Shown piece after piece: positions 31,226-41,749 of a DNA stretch of 64,000 bases. The translations under genes were made by a program, and so were the position numbers. The notes below the pieces were generated by a model. The model was given only the letters and a program-made list of their open reading frames with translations, was not told the origin of the DNA and did no database searches. Within the stretch, counting starts at the first letter, position 1; every line of letters begins with the position of its first letter. The DNA is from Alloprevotella sp. (GTDB lineage Bacteria > Bacteroidota > Bacteroidia > Bacteroidales > Bacteroidaceae): contig JAZUDS010000055.1 in NCBI GenBank assembly GCA_045639805.1, positions 1,350-65,349 of the forward strand, given 5' to 3'.

Positions 31226-31981
31226 ATGACTCCTCTTTTCATTGCAGGGCCGTGCGTCATAGAGAGCGCGGAATTGCTTGACACGGTGGCTGCAGAACTG
31301 CGGCGCATCGCCGATGCGACGGGGGCCGAGATTGTCTTCAAGGCTTCGTTCGACAAGGCCAACCGCACGAGTATACACTCCTTCCGCGGTCCGGGTTTGG
31401 AGCGCGGTTTGCAGATGCTCGCCGACGTGAAGGACCGCTACGGCCTGCGCGTGACGACCGATGTGCACGAGAGCTACCAGGCTGAGGCCTGTGGCGAGGT
31501 GTGCGATGTGCTGCAAGTGCCGGCCTTCCTCTGCCGCCAGACCGACCTCCTGACAGCGTGCGCTCGGACGGGCCGCGTGGTGAATATCAAGAAGGCACAG
31601 TTCCTTTCCGGCGAGGATATGCGCTATCCCGTGGAGAAAGCCCGCGAGGCCGGCGCGACTGAGGTGTGGCTCACGGAGCGCGGCAACACCTTCGGCTACA
31701 ATACGCTGGTGGTGGACTTCCGCAACTTGCCGATAATGCAGCAGTGGGCCGACCGCGTAGTGATGGACTGCACGCACTCCGTGCAGCGCCCCGGAGCGGC
31801 AGGCGGCAAGACGGGCGGCGACCGCCAGTACGTGCCCGCCATGGCACTGGCTGCCAAGGCTTTCGGTGCTCAAGGTTACTTCTTTGAGACGCACCCCACG
31901 CCTGATACCGCCCTCTCCGACGGCCCCAATATGCTACCGCTGAAGGAAATGGAGGAAACCATAAAATCCCTGATGGATTAA
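31226..31981 (+). CDS. kdsA: KDO-8-phosphate synthase
   Basis: [50 protein letters not shown]. Confidence 0.97.
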   Translation: MTPLFIAGPCVIESAELLDTVAAELRRIADATGAEIVFKASFDKANRTSIHSFRGPGLERGLQMLADVKDRYGLRVTTDVHESYQAEACGEVCDVLQVPAFLCRQTDLLTACARTGRVVNIKKAQFLSGEDMRYPVEKAREAGATEVWLTERGNTFGYNTLVVDFRNLPIMQQWADRVVMDCTHSVQRPGAAGGKTGGDRQYVPAMALAAKAFGAQGYFFETHPTPDTALSDGPNMLPLKEMEETIKSLMD

Positions 31982-32033
31982 GATTGTCAATCCCAACTTT
32001 ATACTATTAATTTTTAACTTTAACTTTCTTCGT

Positions 32034-32732
32034 ATGGGACGACGAATAAAGAAAATCAAGAAGATACGCCTGCATCATGAGGGCAACCACACACTCCTGT
32101 TGGCCTTCGTGCTGTTTGCGTTACTGTTTGCTGCTTGCCGCGTGTGGGTTTATCCCGCAAGCATTGTGGCGTTCTACATCATTATCGGTATGGCCGCGGT
32201 GGTGATGGGCGTGCTCATCAACTTCTTCCGCTGTCCCATCCGCACGTTTGAGGCCGATCCCGATGGCATAGTCGTGGCCCCAGCCGACGGTAAGGTGGTC
32301 GTGATAGAGGAAGTGGAGGAGAACGAATACTTCCACGACCGTCGCCTGATGGTGAGCATCTTCATGAGCCTTACTAACGTGCACGCCAACTGGTTCCCCG
32401 TGGAAGGCATCGTGAAGAAAGTGGAGCATCAGGACGGTAACTTCCACAAGGCATGGCTGCCCAAGGCCTCAATAGAAAACGAGCGCAGCACGGTGGTCAT
32501 CGAGACCCCCGACGGACAGGAAATCCTCGTGCGCCAGGTGGCCGGCGCCATGGCGCGCCGCATCGTGACCTATGCCGAGGAAGGCGACCACTGCTTCATC
32601 GACGAGCACATGGGCTTCATTAAGTTCGGCTCGCGCGTGGATACCTTCCTGCCCCTCGGCACGGAGCTCTGCGTGAACTTCGGCGATAAGACTACGGGCA
32701 ACGAAACCGTCTTGGCAAGGCTGAAAGCATAA
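32034..32732 (+). CDS. psd: Phosphatidylserine decarboxylase proenzyme
   Basis: [28 protein letters not shown] self-cleavage motif; adjacent to pssA. Confidence 0.93.
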   Translation: MGRRIKKIKKIRLHHEGNHTLLLAFVLFALLFAACRVWVYPASIVAFYIIIGMAAVVMGVLINFFRCPIRTFEADPDGIVVAPADGKVVVIEEVEENEYFHDRRLMVSIFMSLTNVHANWFPVEGIVKKVEHQDGNFHKAWLPKASIENERSTVVIETPDGQEILVRQVAGAMARRIVTYAEEGDHCFIDEHMGFIKFGSRVDTFLPLGTELCVNFGDKTTGNETVLARLKA

Positions 32733-32747
32733 GGGTTCAAACAAATT

Positions 32748-33470
32748 ATGAAAAAACATATCCCCAACATTATAACCTGCTGCAATCTGCTTTGTGGCTG
32801 TATGGCTACATACGTGGCCTTTATGAGCGTGTCCAAGCCCGGCCCCTACTACCTGATTGTGGCCTTCTGCTTCATTCTCGGAGGTGCCGTGTTCGACTTT
32901 TTCGACGGCTTCACGGCGCGCCTGCTGGGCGTCAGCAGCCCCATCGGTAAGGAACTTGACTCGCTGGCCGATGTCATCACCTTCGGTCTGTCGCCTGCCG
33001 CCATCGTTTTTGATGTGCTCTGTTGGATACTTCCCGAGGCGTACGCTTGGGTAGCGGCCGTAGCCCTCCTCATTGCGCCCTTCTCGGCGCTGCGCCTGGC
33101 CAAATTTAACCTGGACACCCGCCAGACGATGGGCTTCATCGGACTGCCCACGCCCGCCAACGCCCTCTTCTGGGGCGGGCTGGCCCTCACGCTGAAGCAG
33201 CACTGCACGTGGTGTGAGGAAAATGCCGCGCTCGTGAGCATACTGCTCGTAGTGGGAGTGCTCCTGAGTTGCTGGCTGCTGGTGTGCGAGGTGCCCATGT
33301 TCGCACTGAAGTTCCACGACTTCTCGTGGAAGAACAACCGCCTGCGCTTCAGCTTTATCCTTGCCAGCGCCGCCATCATTGTCCTGACGCAGTGGATGGG
33401 ACTGGCCATCGTAGTGGTGCTCTACATCGTGCTGAGCATCCTGCAATCGTTGCGACCTCATAAGTCATAA
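32748..33470 (+). CDS. pssA: CDP-diacylglycerol--serine O-phosphatidyltransferase
   Basis: IPNIIT, DFFDGFTAR...GKELDSLAD complete motif, RLAKFN, FIGLPTP. Confidence 0.93.
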   Translation: MKKHIPNIITCCNLLCGCMATYVAFMSVSKPGPYYLIVAFCFILGGAVFDFFDGFTARLLGVSSPIGKELDSLADVITFGLSPAAIVFDVLCWILPEAYAWVAAVALLIAPFSALRLAKFNLDTRQTMGFIGLPTPANALFWGGLALTLKQHCTWCEENAALVSILLVVGVLLSCWLLVCEVPMFALKFHDFSWKNNRLRFSFILASAAIIVLTQWMGLAIVVVLYIVLSILQSLRPHKS

Positions 33471-33491
33471 CCCACATTACTTAATTTACAA

Positions 33492-36400
33492 ATGGAACGT
33501 CTAATTAAAAAACTCCTGCTCGTTCTTGCTGTGCTCTGTCCCGCGCTGGCCTTTGCCGACGTGACAAGCCTGCCCGCCGACATAATAGTCATTCCGACCA
33601 AGAACGACGCCACCAAGCCCTTCTCGGCTACGTCCACCTCGGACAGCCGCACCACCAACACATGGCTACAGACTTTCCATACCACACGCACCGTCTCCGG
33701 CCAGAGCTATGAATGCCTGCGCTATGAGAGCCCTAAGTTCAATCTCACGAGCGGCGTGAAGAAACTCGTGATAACAGTAACCCACACCTCGCTTGACCGT
33801 ACGCCCAACGCCAAGACTGATGGCCCATACTTCAACATCAGCGAGCTCTTCATCTACGATGGCGATGGCAAGGAGGTGAAAATCCCCGCCGCCAACATCA
33901 CGTCAAACGCCCCTGACGCCGAAGGAGGCGTGGCGGCCAACCTCGTGGACAGAGATATCAGTACCCACTTCCACTCCTCATGGAAAGAAGCAAAGGCGCC
34001 CGCAGAGTACTACCACAACATCGTGGTGACGCTGCCCGAGAGCCTCAACGCGTTCAGTTTCGCTATGGAGCAGGATTGGATCAACACCCGTCTGTACAAT
34101 ATGCCGACGGAGGTTATCGTGTCGGAGTACAGCGAGCACACCGACAACCTTGACGCCCTGATAGCCCAGGCCGAGAACTTCAACGTGGCTGGCGGTGATG
34201 ACCCCGGCTTTGCCACCGGCGACTACAGCGCCTTCTACAAGGCCCTTGACGACGCCCACAAGGTGGCCGCCGACGTCTCCGCTACGGCAGAACAGCGACA
34301 GGCTGCCGCCGATGCCCTCAAGGCTGCCCTCGAACAGGCCAGCAAGGCTGAGATGCGCTGGCCCGAGGAGGACAAGGAGTACAACCTCGTCTGCGGCTTC
34401 AACAAGTTCTTGTACTATCAGAACACCCCCAAGGCCCTCTCCTCAATGGAGGACGACGTGCTGTGGTGGGAGAATGCCGACGGCTATTCCCACAATCAGC
34501 TCTTCACCTTCAAGCGCCAGGGCGGCAATGCCACCGACGGTTACACCTATTACATTCAGCACACGGCCACCGGAAAGTATATCGGCACGATATGCGAGGA
34601 GACCGGCGCCGACGGCCTCGTGTGGGGACAGCCTTCTCACATACACCTCATCACGGAGCCTGAACTCGTGCGCCTCCATCCCCTGGGCGGCGGTCAGTTC
34701 AACATAGAGGTGAAGGGCTCCTCCGGCCAGTGGTCGCGCCTGTACCTTCACACCGGTTACCACAACGGCGGTCTGCCCCTCGGCGTACACACTACCGATG
34801 GCGGCGGCATAAGCAACAGCCGCTCCGAAGGTCTCGCCGTATATGGCGTGCAGGGCCCCATCATCCCCTACGACGGCGGCATCGGCAGCCAGTCGGCCTG
34901 GTACATCCGCGAGCTTCGTGGTCTGCCCTCCACCCTCACGGTCGAGAAGTCCGCGCTGGGCGGAAATGTTTACACCGCTCCCACCGTGCACCTCAACAGA
35001 GGCGTGATAGAGTTTAAGATAAAGGGCAACGTCGATTGCGCCTTCGCCGACTTTGAACTCCGCAACCTGCAGGGCGAAGTCATCCCCTGCACGCTGAAGC
35101 CCACCGACGGCGGCACGCTCGTTCTCCTTGATAACTATGTGGAGAGCTTCAAGTTCACCTTCACCAATACCGAAGGCGTCCGTCGTGTGACCATCTCTGC
35201 GCCCAAGAGTGTGTACAAGGAACAACTCCGCGTAATGACCTTCAATGTGCCCAAGACCAATATTCCCTCCGAGGGCGTAAATCTCTGGAGCAACCGCGTT
35301 GCTGCAATTCAGAAATACTGGAAAACCGTGCGCCCCGATGTCATCGGTATGCAGGAGCCCAAGAAGTCAGACCTTCAGGATTACCTCTCCGGTCTGCCCG
35401 AATATGCCATGGTGGGCGTGGGCCGCGACAACGGCAAGGAAAAGGGTGAGTATAACCCCTTGCTCTACAACACCCGCAGCATCCGCGTGGAAGACCACGG
35501 CTATTTCTGGCTCTCCACCACGCCCGACACGCCTTCCAAGTCTTACGGCAGCCAGTTCAACCGTATGTGTACTTGGGCCTTGATGCGCGACACTCGTACG
35601 CAGGCTCTCTTCCTGATGTGCAACCTCCACCTCGACCACACCTCCGACGCCTGCCGCGAGAGCCAGGTGAAGGTGGCCAAGGCTCAGATAAAGATTGTGC
35701 AGGAAAAACTGATGAAGAAGTTGCCCGCCAGTGCTTTCGGAACTCACGGCGAACTGCCCACCATCCTCACCGGCGACTTCAATACCCTCGCCAGCCAGCC
35801 TGGCTACGATTATGCTCGCGGAGACGCCTTCCCGATGTTTGATGCCTGGAGCATGTCGCCCGACCGCAACGGCACGGGCTACAGCATGGTGGCCTCGAAG
35901 CGTAAACTCGACTATATCTTCACCACCGCCTCCGTCTATTCCGTGGCCGGTTACCTCGAATTGAGCCTGCAGCCTTCTGGTCTGCAGTACTCCGACCACA
36001 ACCCGCAGTATGCCGACCTTGCTTGGGAACTCAATCCCGTCCCCGAGGCTGAGCAACTCTTGCAGGAAGCACAGACCGAACTTGACGGCACGCTGAAATA
36101 CAACGTCGGCACCACCGGCCTCATTACCAACGCCACCGACGGCAACGCCGGCTGCCAGTTGAGTGCCGATGCCGTGGAGACCTCAGAGGGTCAGTACTTC
36201 AAGTATCTCATTGACGGTAATACCAACACCTATCTGCACTCCCTCTACTCCACGCTGCCCTCCAACAATCCCCGTTGGCTGCAGGTGAAGTTCAATGAAG
36301 AGGAGGAGCGCTTCGTGATGAGTTATATCCGCCGCGACGTCGCCAACGGTATCTCCGACCGCTGGGACGACATCTTCATCCAGGCCTCCAACGACGGCAA

Positions 36401-36953
36401 GACCTGGGACGATATCACGCAGATTCATGCCTTTGGCGGCGAGGCCCTCAAGGCCTACAAGTCCGACGTCATAGAACTTCACAAGCCTTATAGCTATGTC
36501 CGTTTCAACATCATCCGCACGGCCGGCATGCGCCTCAGCAACGGCAATCCGATGTACACCGCCTCCGAGTTCCAGCTCTATGGCGCCGAGGTGAGCGAAG
36601 AGTCGCCCCGCCTCGCCGATGCCGACATCAAGGCGCAGTGTGAAGCCCTCGAACAACTGATGTCAGAGGTGCAGAGCGCAGTGGACGGCGGCACCGATAC
36701 CTATGCTCTCAACGCTGAACTGCGTGAGGCCACCGAGGCCCTGCATAAGGCTCTTGAAGAAAAGGGTTACGTGGAAGGCATCGCCTCTCCCGCTGCCACC
36801 GGTGCGGCTTCCCCCGTCGTTGCTACTGCCTACTATCATCTCGACGGCACTCCCGCCACGGCCTTCAGCTCCGGCGTCGTGCTGGTTCGCACCACCCATG
36901 CCGACGGTACTGTCCGCGTACAAAAGCGTCTGAACGGTCAAGGCGTGAAGTAA
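33492..36953 (+). CDS. Large secreted multidomain protein: discoidin-like modules flanking an endonuclease/exonuclease/phosphatase (EEP) domain, T9SS C-terminal signal
   Basis: Signal peptide; LVDRDISTHFHS and LIDGNTNTYLHS; EEP motifs MTFNV, DVIGMQE, NLHLDH, TGDFN, LDYIF, SDHNP; C-terminal YYHLDG...VQKR. Confidence 0.85.
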   Translation: MERLIKKLLLVLAVLCPALAFADVTSLPADIIVIPTKNDATKPFSATSTSDSRTTNTWLQTFHTTRTVSGQSYECLRYESPKFNLTSGVKKLVITVTHTSLDRTPNAKTDGPYFNISELFIYDGDGKEVKIPAANITSNAPDAEGGVAANLVDRDISTHFHSSWKEAKAPAEYYHNIVVTLPESLNAFSFAMEQDWINTRLYNMPTEVIVSEYSEHTDNLDALIAQAENFNVAGGDDPGFATGDYSAFYKALDDAHKVAADVSATAEQRQAAADALKAALEQASKAEMRWPEEDKEYNLVCGFNKFLYYQNTPKALSSMEDDVLWWENADGYSHNQLFTFKRQGGNATDGYTYYIQHTATGKYIGTICEETGADGLVWGQPSHIHLITEPELVRLHPLGGGQFNIEVKGSSGQWSRLYLHTGYHNGGLPLGVHTTDGGGISNSRSEGLAVYGVQGPIIPYDGGIGSQSAWYIRELRGLPSTLTVEKSALGGNVYTAPTVHLNRGVIEFKIKGNVDCAFADFELRNLQGEVIPCTLKPTDGGTLVLLDNYVESFKFTFTNTEGVRRVTISAPKSVYKEQLRVMTFNVPKTNIPSEGVNLWSNRVAAIQKYWKTVRPDVIGMQEPKKSDLQDYLSGLPEYAMVGVGRDNGKEKGEYNPLLYNTRSIRVEDHGYFWLSTTPDTPSKSYGSQFNRMCTWALMRDTRTQALFLMCNLHLDHTSDACRESQVKVAKAQIKIVQEKLMKKLPASAFGTHGELPTILTGDFNTLASQPGYDYARGDAFPMFDAWSMSPDRNGTGYSMVASKRKLDYIFTTASVYSVAGYLELSLQPSGLQYSDHNPQYADLAWELNPVPEAEQLLQEAQTELDGTLKYNVGTTGLITNATDGNAGCQLSADAVETSEGQYFKYLIDGNTNTYLHSLYSTLPSNNPRWLQVKFNEEEERFVMSYIRRDVANGISDRWDDIFIQASNDGKTWDDITQIHAFGGEALKAYKSDVIELHKPYSYVRFNIIRTAGMRLSNGNPMYTASEFQLYGAEVSEESPRLADADIKAQCEALEQLMSEVQSAVDGGTDTYALNAELREATEALHKALEEKGYVEGIASPAATGAASPVVATAYYHLDGTPATAFSSGVVLVRTTHADGTVRVQKRLNGQGVK

Positions 36954-36982
36954 GTATTTCAATCTCTTAATAAAGACTCTCT

Positions 36983-37246
36983 ATGCATTTCCTCGGTTGT
37001 CTGGGCTTTTTGTTGCTGTTCATTTTCCTAATGGGTTTAGCCGTCATGGGAAGCTTCCTGCATTTCGTTTTCCGCCTCTTCGGCGGGGCTCGCGGTGCAC
37101 AGCAACAAGGAGCCCAGCAACCTCAGGGAAATGCTCAGCAGCCGCAAGGCACAACTTCTCAGCAGCCCGCCGCAGACGACTACCACTTTCAGCCCAGCGA
37201 CGGTGAGTATATAGACTTTGAGGAGGTGAAAGATCCACAGCAATAG
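36983..37246 (+). CDS. DUF4834-like small membrane protein
   Basis: Hydrophobic N-terminus, Q-rich linker, GEYIDFEEVK C-terminus. Confidence 0.75.
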   Translation: MHFLGCLGFLLLFIFLMGLAVMGSFLHFVFRLFGGARGAQQQGAQQPQGNAQQPQGTTSQQPAADDYHFQPSDGEYIDFEEVKDPQQ

Positions 37247-37352
37247 ACTCCAACGGCCCCACTCCAACGGGGCCCCTCCAGCAACCCCTCCCTAAAGGGC
37301 GGGGAGTGGATGCTCACGAGCAATAACTATCGACTGTCAACTCTGAACAATA

Positions 37353-38783
37353 ATGTCCGAAACACTCAAACAGACCACAGCCCGCGGCTTCGTGTGGGCC
37401 GCTCTTGGCGGTGGAGCCCAGCAGTTGGTGATGCTCGTCATCGGCATACTGCTGGCGCGCACCCTTGATGTTTCCGACTACGGCCTGGTGGGGATGCTCA
37501 CCGTCTTCTCGCTCCTGGCCGGTAATTTGCAGGAGAGCGGCTTCACCGCCACCCTTGCCGTGCGCCGCGATGCCAGCCGTGAGGACTACAACGCCGTGTT
37601 CTGGTTCTCCACGGGCATGGGACTCCTCCTCTACACATTATTATATATATGCGCGCCCGCGATAGCGGCGTATAATCACACGCCGCAACTTACTCTCCTG
37701 GCCCGCGTCATCTTCCTCGGTTTCGTAGCCTCGGCCATCGGCACGGCTCCCGCGGCTTATCTTTTCCGCGAGTTGAAGGTGAAGCAACGCACCACGTCGC
37801 AGGTCACGGCTTCTCTGCTCAGCGGCATAGTGGGCCTGACGATGGCCTATTGCGGCTGCGGTTGCTGGTCGCTGGTGGGCATGGACCTCTGTTATAAAGT
37901 GACGTATGCCGCCCTTGTGTGGCGCTTCGCCCATTGGCGCCCAGTATGGATGAGCGCTTCTGCCGTGTGGGCTCGCATCAAGCCCCTTTTCTCGCAGAGT
38001 CTCTCCATTCTTGCCACCAACGTTCTCAACACCCTCTCCACGCAACTCGTGCAGTCGCTCCTCGGTGGCCGATATTCGTCTCATCAGGTGGGCCTCTACG
38101 CCCAGGCCTTGAAGTGGCAGACGCTGGGCCAGCAACTCCTCTCCGGCACGGTGGGCGCCGTGGCACAGCCGGTTCTCGGCCGCGTGGCCGATGACAGCGA
38201 ACGCCAGCAGCGCGTGCTCCTTACCATGCTGCGCTTCACGGCCTTCATGAGTTTTCCCGCCCTGATAGGTTTCGCCTACGTCTCGCCCGAACTCATACCT
38301 CTCCTTATCAAAGACAAATGGGCAGACTGCGTGCCGCTTCTCCAGATGCTCTGCCTGGCTGGCAGCACTGTGCCGCTCACGCAGACGCTTGCCAATCTCA
38401 TCATTGCCCGTCAGCGCGCCGGACTTTTCCTCGCCGTCAACGGTCTTCTGCTCTTCATGCAGATAGCCGCCTTTTTCTTCGTAGGAAGCGGCAACCTCCC
38501 CCTCCTCGTGCTCATCATTTCCACCATTATGCTGGCCGGCTTCCCCGTATGGGCCATAATCTGCCGCGTAGTGTGCGGCATACGTTTGCGGGGCATCCTT
38601 CGGGCCACCTTGCCCTATGTCCTCGCCACCCTTGTCGCCATCCTCATCTGCCGCTTCGCCGGCGTGAATCATTTCTGGTTCCAAATACCTCTCGTGGCCG
38701 CACTCTACATCGTGCTACTCGCCGTTTTTCGCAACCGCACTTTGCACGAGGCCGCACAATACGTATTCCACAAAGGAAAATAG
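37353..38783 (+). CDS. Polysaccharide flippase (Wzx/WzxC-like)
   Basis: LARTLDVSDYGLVGM, ESGF, WSLV, VGLY; about 12 TM helices. Confidence 0.85.
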   Translation: MSETLKQTTARGFVWAALGGGAQQLVMLVIGILLARTLDVSDYGLVGMLTVFSLLAGNLQESGFTATLAVRRDASREDYNAVFWFSTGMGLLLYTLLYICAPAIAAYNHTPQLTLLARVIFLGFVASAIGTAPAAYLFRELKVKQRTTSQVTASLLSGIVGLTMAYCGCGCWSLVGMDLCYKVTYAALVWRFAHWRPVWMSASAVWARIKPLFSQSLSILATNVLNTLSTQLVQSLLGGRYSSHQVGLYAQALKWQTLGQQLLSGTVGAVAQPVLGRVADDSERQQRVLLTMLRFTAFMSFPALIGFAYVSPELIPLLIKDKWADCVPLLQMLCLAGSTVPLTQTLANLIIARQRAGLFLAVNGLLLFMQIAAFFFVGSGNLPLLVLIISTIMLAGFPVWAIICRVVCGIRLRGILRATLPYVLATLVAILICRFAGVNHFWFQIPLVAALYIVLLAVFRNRTLHEAAQYVFHKGK

Positions 38784-38915
38784 CGCACAAAAGTAACTTT
38801 TTTTCTTCTTTCGTGCGCATTTTTTTCGTAACTTTGTCATCTCATAACATCATAACCATAACCTCGCCCCTAACAGCATGCCCCCATAAGGGGGTTAGGG
38901 GGCTTCAATAACACT

Positions 38916-40370
38916 ATGGGCGGTTTTTTCGGTACCATCTCCAATTATCCCGTAGCCACTGACCTCTTCTATGGCACGGACTACAACAGCCATCTCGGCA
39001 CCCGTCGCGGCGGTATGGCTACTTATTGTCCCGAGCGCGGTTTCTTCCGCAGCATCCACAACCTTGAGAACACCTATTTCCGCACGCGCTTTGAGGACGA
39101 GCTCCCCAAGTTCCTTGGCAATGCCGGTATAGGTGTCATAAGCGACACCGATGCCCAGCCGCTGCTGATGAACTCCCATCTCGGCCGTTTCGCCATCGTC
39201 ACGGTCGCCAAGATAGGCAATATGGAGCAGCTTGCCGATGAACTCCTCTCCGACGGCATGCACCTCAGCGAGTTCTCCTCCGGCCGCATCAACCCCACCG
39301 AACTCGTCGCCCTGCTCATCATTCGCGGCAAGAACTTTGTGGAGGGCATAGAGAACGTCTGGCGCCACATAAAAGGGTCGTGCTCCCTTCTTCTCCTGAC
39401 CGAGAACGGCATAATCGCCGCCCGCGACAGCTGGGGCCGTACTCCCATCGTCCTGGGCCACCGCCCCGCCAATGCCGACCCCTCAACTCCTCAGGAGGCC
39501 TACGCCGTCACGAGCGAAAGTACGGCCTTCCCCAACCTTTCCTTCCGCACGCAGTCCTATCTCGGCCCAGGCGAAATCATACGCCTCACCGCCGACGGCG
39601 TGGAGCAGCTCCGCCGCCCCAACAAGGGCATGCAGATTTGCTCTTTCCTCTGGGTGTATTACGGTTTCCCCACCTCGTGCTACGAAGGCAAGAACGTAGA
39701 GGAAATGCGCTACGAATGCGGTCGCGTGATGGGCGAGGAGGATGAGGTAGAGGTCGATTGCGCCTGCGGCATCCCCGACAGCGGCATCGGTATGGCTACT
39801 GGCTATGCCGCCGGCCATAAAGTGCCCTATACTCGCGCTATCAACAAGTACACACCCACCTGGCCTCGCTCCTTCACCCCCTCCAATCAGGAGATGCGCC
39901 GCCTCGTGGCCAAAATGAAACTCATTGCCAACCGCGACCTTCTCGAGGGCCGTCGCGTCCTGTTCTGCGACGACAGCATCGTGCGCGGTACTCAGCTCCG
40001 CGATAACACCGAGGTGCTCACCGAACTCGGTGCCAAGGAGGTACACATGCGCATTGCCTGTCCGCCGCTCATGTTCAGCTGTCCCTTTGTCAACTTCTCC
40101 GCTTCGAAGAACGACCTTGAACTTATCACACGCCGCGTCATCATGGACCTTGAGGGCGGCAAGATAGACCATCTTGACCGTTACTGCGAGACCGACTCCC
40201 CCGAATACAAGCGCATGGTTGATGAGATAGCCCGCCGCCTCAGTCTCACTTCCCTTCGTTTCTCCAAACTTGAAACCATCGTCAAGGCCATCGGCCTGCC
40301 GAAGTGCCAGATATGCACACATTGCTTCGACGGCAGTTCGGCGCATACTTTAGAAGAAGAAAATAAATGA
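38916..40370 (+). CDS. purF: Amidophosphoribosyltransferase (Bacteroidales variant without N-terminal Cys)
   Basis: MGGFFG start, ARDSWGRTP, GIPDSG, DDSIVRGT PRPP loop, IACPP, CTHCF; TAACTTTG box at 38829. Confidence 0.92.
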   Translation: MGGFFGTISNYPVATDLFYGTDYNSHLGTRRGGMATYCPERGFFRSIHNLENTYFRTRFEDELPKFLGNAGIGVISDTDAQPLLMNSHLGRFAIVTVAKIGNMEQLADELLSDGMHLSEFSSGRINPTELVALLIIRGKNFVEGIENVWRHIKGSCSLLLLTENGIIAARDSWGRTPIVLGHRPANADPSTPQEAYAVTSESTAFPNLSFRTQSYLGPGEIIRLTADGVEQLRRPNKGMQICSFLWVYYGFPTSCYEGKNVEEMRYECGRVMGEEDEVEVDCACGIPDSGIGMATGYAAGHKVPYTRAINKYTPTWPRSFTPSNQEMRRLVAKMKLIANRDLLEGRRVLFCDDSIVRGTQLRDNTEVLTELGAKEVHMRIACPPLMFSCPFVNFSASKNDLELITRRVIMDLEGGKIDHLDRYCETDSPEYKRMVDEIARRLSLTSLRFSKLETIVKAIGLPKCQICTHCFDGSSAHTLEEENK

Positions 40371-41266
40371 AAAAGATTCGCGCAGCCGTAGTAGGTTACG
40401 GCAACATAGGCCGCTTCACCATTGAAGCCCTTGAGGCAGCCCCCGATTTTGAAATCGCAGGCATCGTGCGCCGCCAGGGTGCACAGAATCGTCCCCAGGA
40501 ACTCGCCGCCTATCCCGTGGTGAGCGACATTCGTGAACTCACCGACGTCGATGTGGCCATCCTTGCCACCCCCAGCCGCCTCTGCGAGGAGTATGCCGCG
40601 AAGATTGCCGCCCTGGGCATACATACCGTGGACAGCTTCGACATCCACACCGACATTTCCGGCTATCGCTCTCGCCAAATGGCCCTCTGCCGCGAGCATG
40701 GTACGGTCAGCATCATCTCCGCCGGCTGGGATCCGGGCTCCGACAGCATCGTTAGAGTGTTAATGGAGAGCCTTGCCCCCAAAGGCCTCAGCTACACCAA
40801 CTTCGGCCCCGGCATGTCAATGGGCCACAGCGTTTGCGTGCGCTCCAAGGCCGGTGTGAAAGACGCGCTCTCTATGACCATCCCCAAGGGTGAAGGCCTG
40901 CATCGCCGCATGGTGTATGTAGAACTTGAGCCGGGCGCCGACCTTGCAGAGGTGACCGCCCTCATCAAGGCCGACCCCTACTTCGCCAGCGATGAGACCC
41001 ACGTCTTCGCCGTGGAAAGTGTGGATGATGTGCGCGATATGGGTCATGGCGTGAATATGGTGCGCAAGGGTGTGAGCGGCAAGACGCAGAACCAGCGCCT
41101 GGAGTTCAATATGAGCATCAACAATCCCGCCCTCACCGGTCAGGTGCTCGTCAATGTGGCCCGTGCCGCCATGCGCCAGCAGCCCGGCTGCTATACAATG
41201 GTGGAAATTCCCGTCATCGACCTCCTGGCCGGCGACCGCGAAAAGCTCATCGCCCACCTCGTATAG
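40367..41266 (+). CDS. ddh: meso-diaminopimelate D-dehydrogenase
   Basis: VGYGNIG, TVDSFDIH, SAGWDPGSDS, TNFGPGMSMGHS, NNPALT. Confidence 0.95.
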   Translation: MKKIRAAVVGYGNIGRFTIEALEAAPDFEIAGIVRRQGAQNRPQELAAYPVVSDIRELTDVDVAILATPSRLCEEYAAKIAALGIHTVDSFDIHTDISGYRSRQMALCREHGTVSIISAGWDPGSDSIVRVLMESLAPKGLSYTNFGPGMSMGHSVCVRSKAGVKDALSMTIPKGEGLHRRMVYVELEPGADLAEVTALIKADPYFASDETHVFAVESVDDVRDMGHGVNMVRKGVSGKTQNQRLEFNMSINNPALTGQVLVNVARAAMRQQPGCYTMVEIPVIDLLAGDREKLIAHLV

Positions 41267-41311
41267 CCTCTCGCCTTTCCCCAATAGCGAACCGTAATCA
41301 GTAAGAACGAT

Positions 41312-41357
41312 AATCTCGCCTGCGACAGAAATGCTGCGCAGGCGAGATTCTTTTTTT
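41312..41357 (+). terminator. Intrinsic terminator
   Basis: AATCTCGCCTGCG/CGCAGGCGAGATT stem followed by a T run. Confidence 0.75.
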
Positions 41358-41405
41358 GCCCTTTCAAGTCATGCCTTTGCAGAAAGAAAACCGTGTAACT
41401 CCGTT

Positions 41406-41531
41406 TGCAGCTTTTTGCAAGCCGACTGCAATTTTTTGCAAGCCGACTGCAGTTTTTTGCAAGCCGACTGCAATTTTTTGCAAGCCGACTGCATTTTTCT
41501 GCCATCCCTTGGCATTTTTCTGCCAATAGGG
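41406..41531. repeat. 21-bp tandem array (TGCARTTTTTTGCAAGCCGAC), 4 near-perfect units plus degenerate ones
   Basis: Unit starts at 41406, 41427, 41448, 41469. Confidence 0.9.
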
Positions 41532-41749
41532 TGGCAAAAAACTGCCAATAGGGGTGCAAAATATCTTTACTGGGAAAAAGGAGCCGGACGTCGGGCTTTT
41601 GACAAAATTAAGGCCCGCCGGAAAACAGCGGGCCTTGAGGATTATCGTCCGTGCGTCAGATTCTACGGCGCGGATGCCGTGGAGAGACGTTGCCGTATGG
41701 CATGGAATAAGCGGGAATGGGTATGAGGTGGGCCTGGTGGGCCTTACTC

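Noticed and set aside
38916-38940. PurF lacking the N-terminal catalytic cysteine (MGGFFG) as a pseudogene or novelty
   Set aside because: The ORF is intact and, as I recall, this variant is common in Bacteroidales, so it is not specific to this window.
41406-41531. Tandem arrays here and at 12259, 23872, 28457 and 54485 as possible CRISPR arrays
   Set aside because: Units are contiguous with no unique spacers, and there are no cas genes in the window.
41191-41726. ORFs with heptad repeats (LAKNCSR / FLQADCN) and similar ones at 12098 and 28338
   Set aside because: Translation artefacts of the 21-bp DNA arrays.
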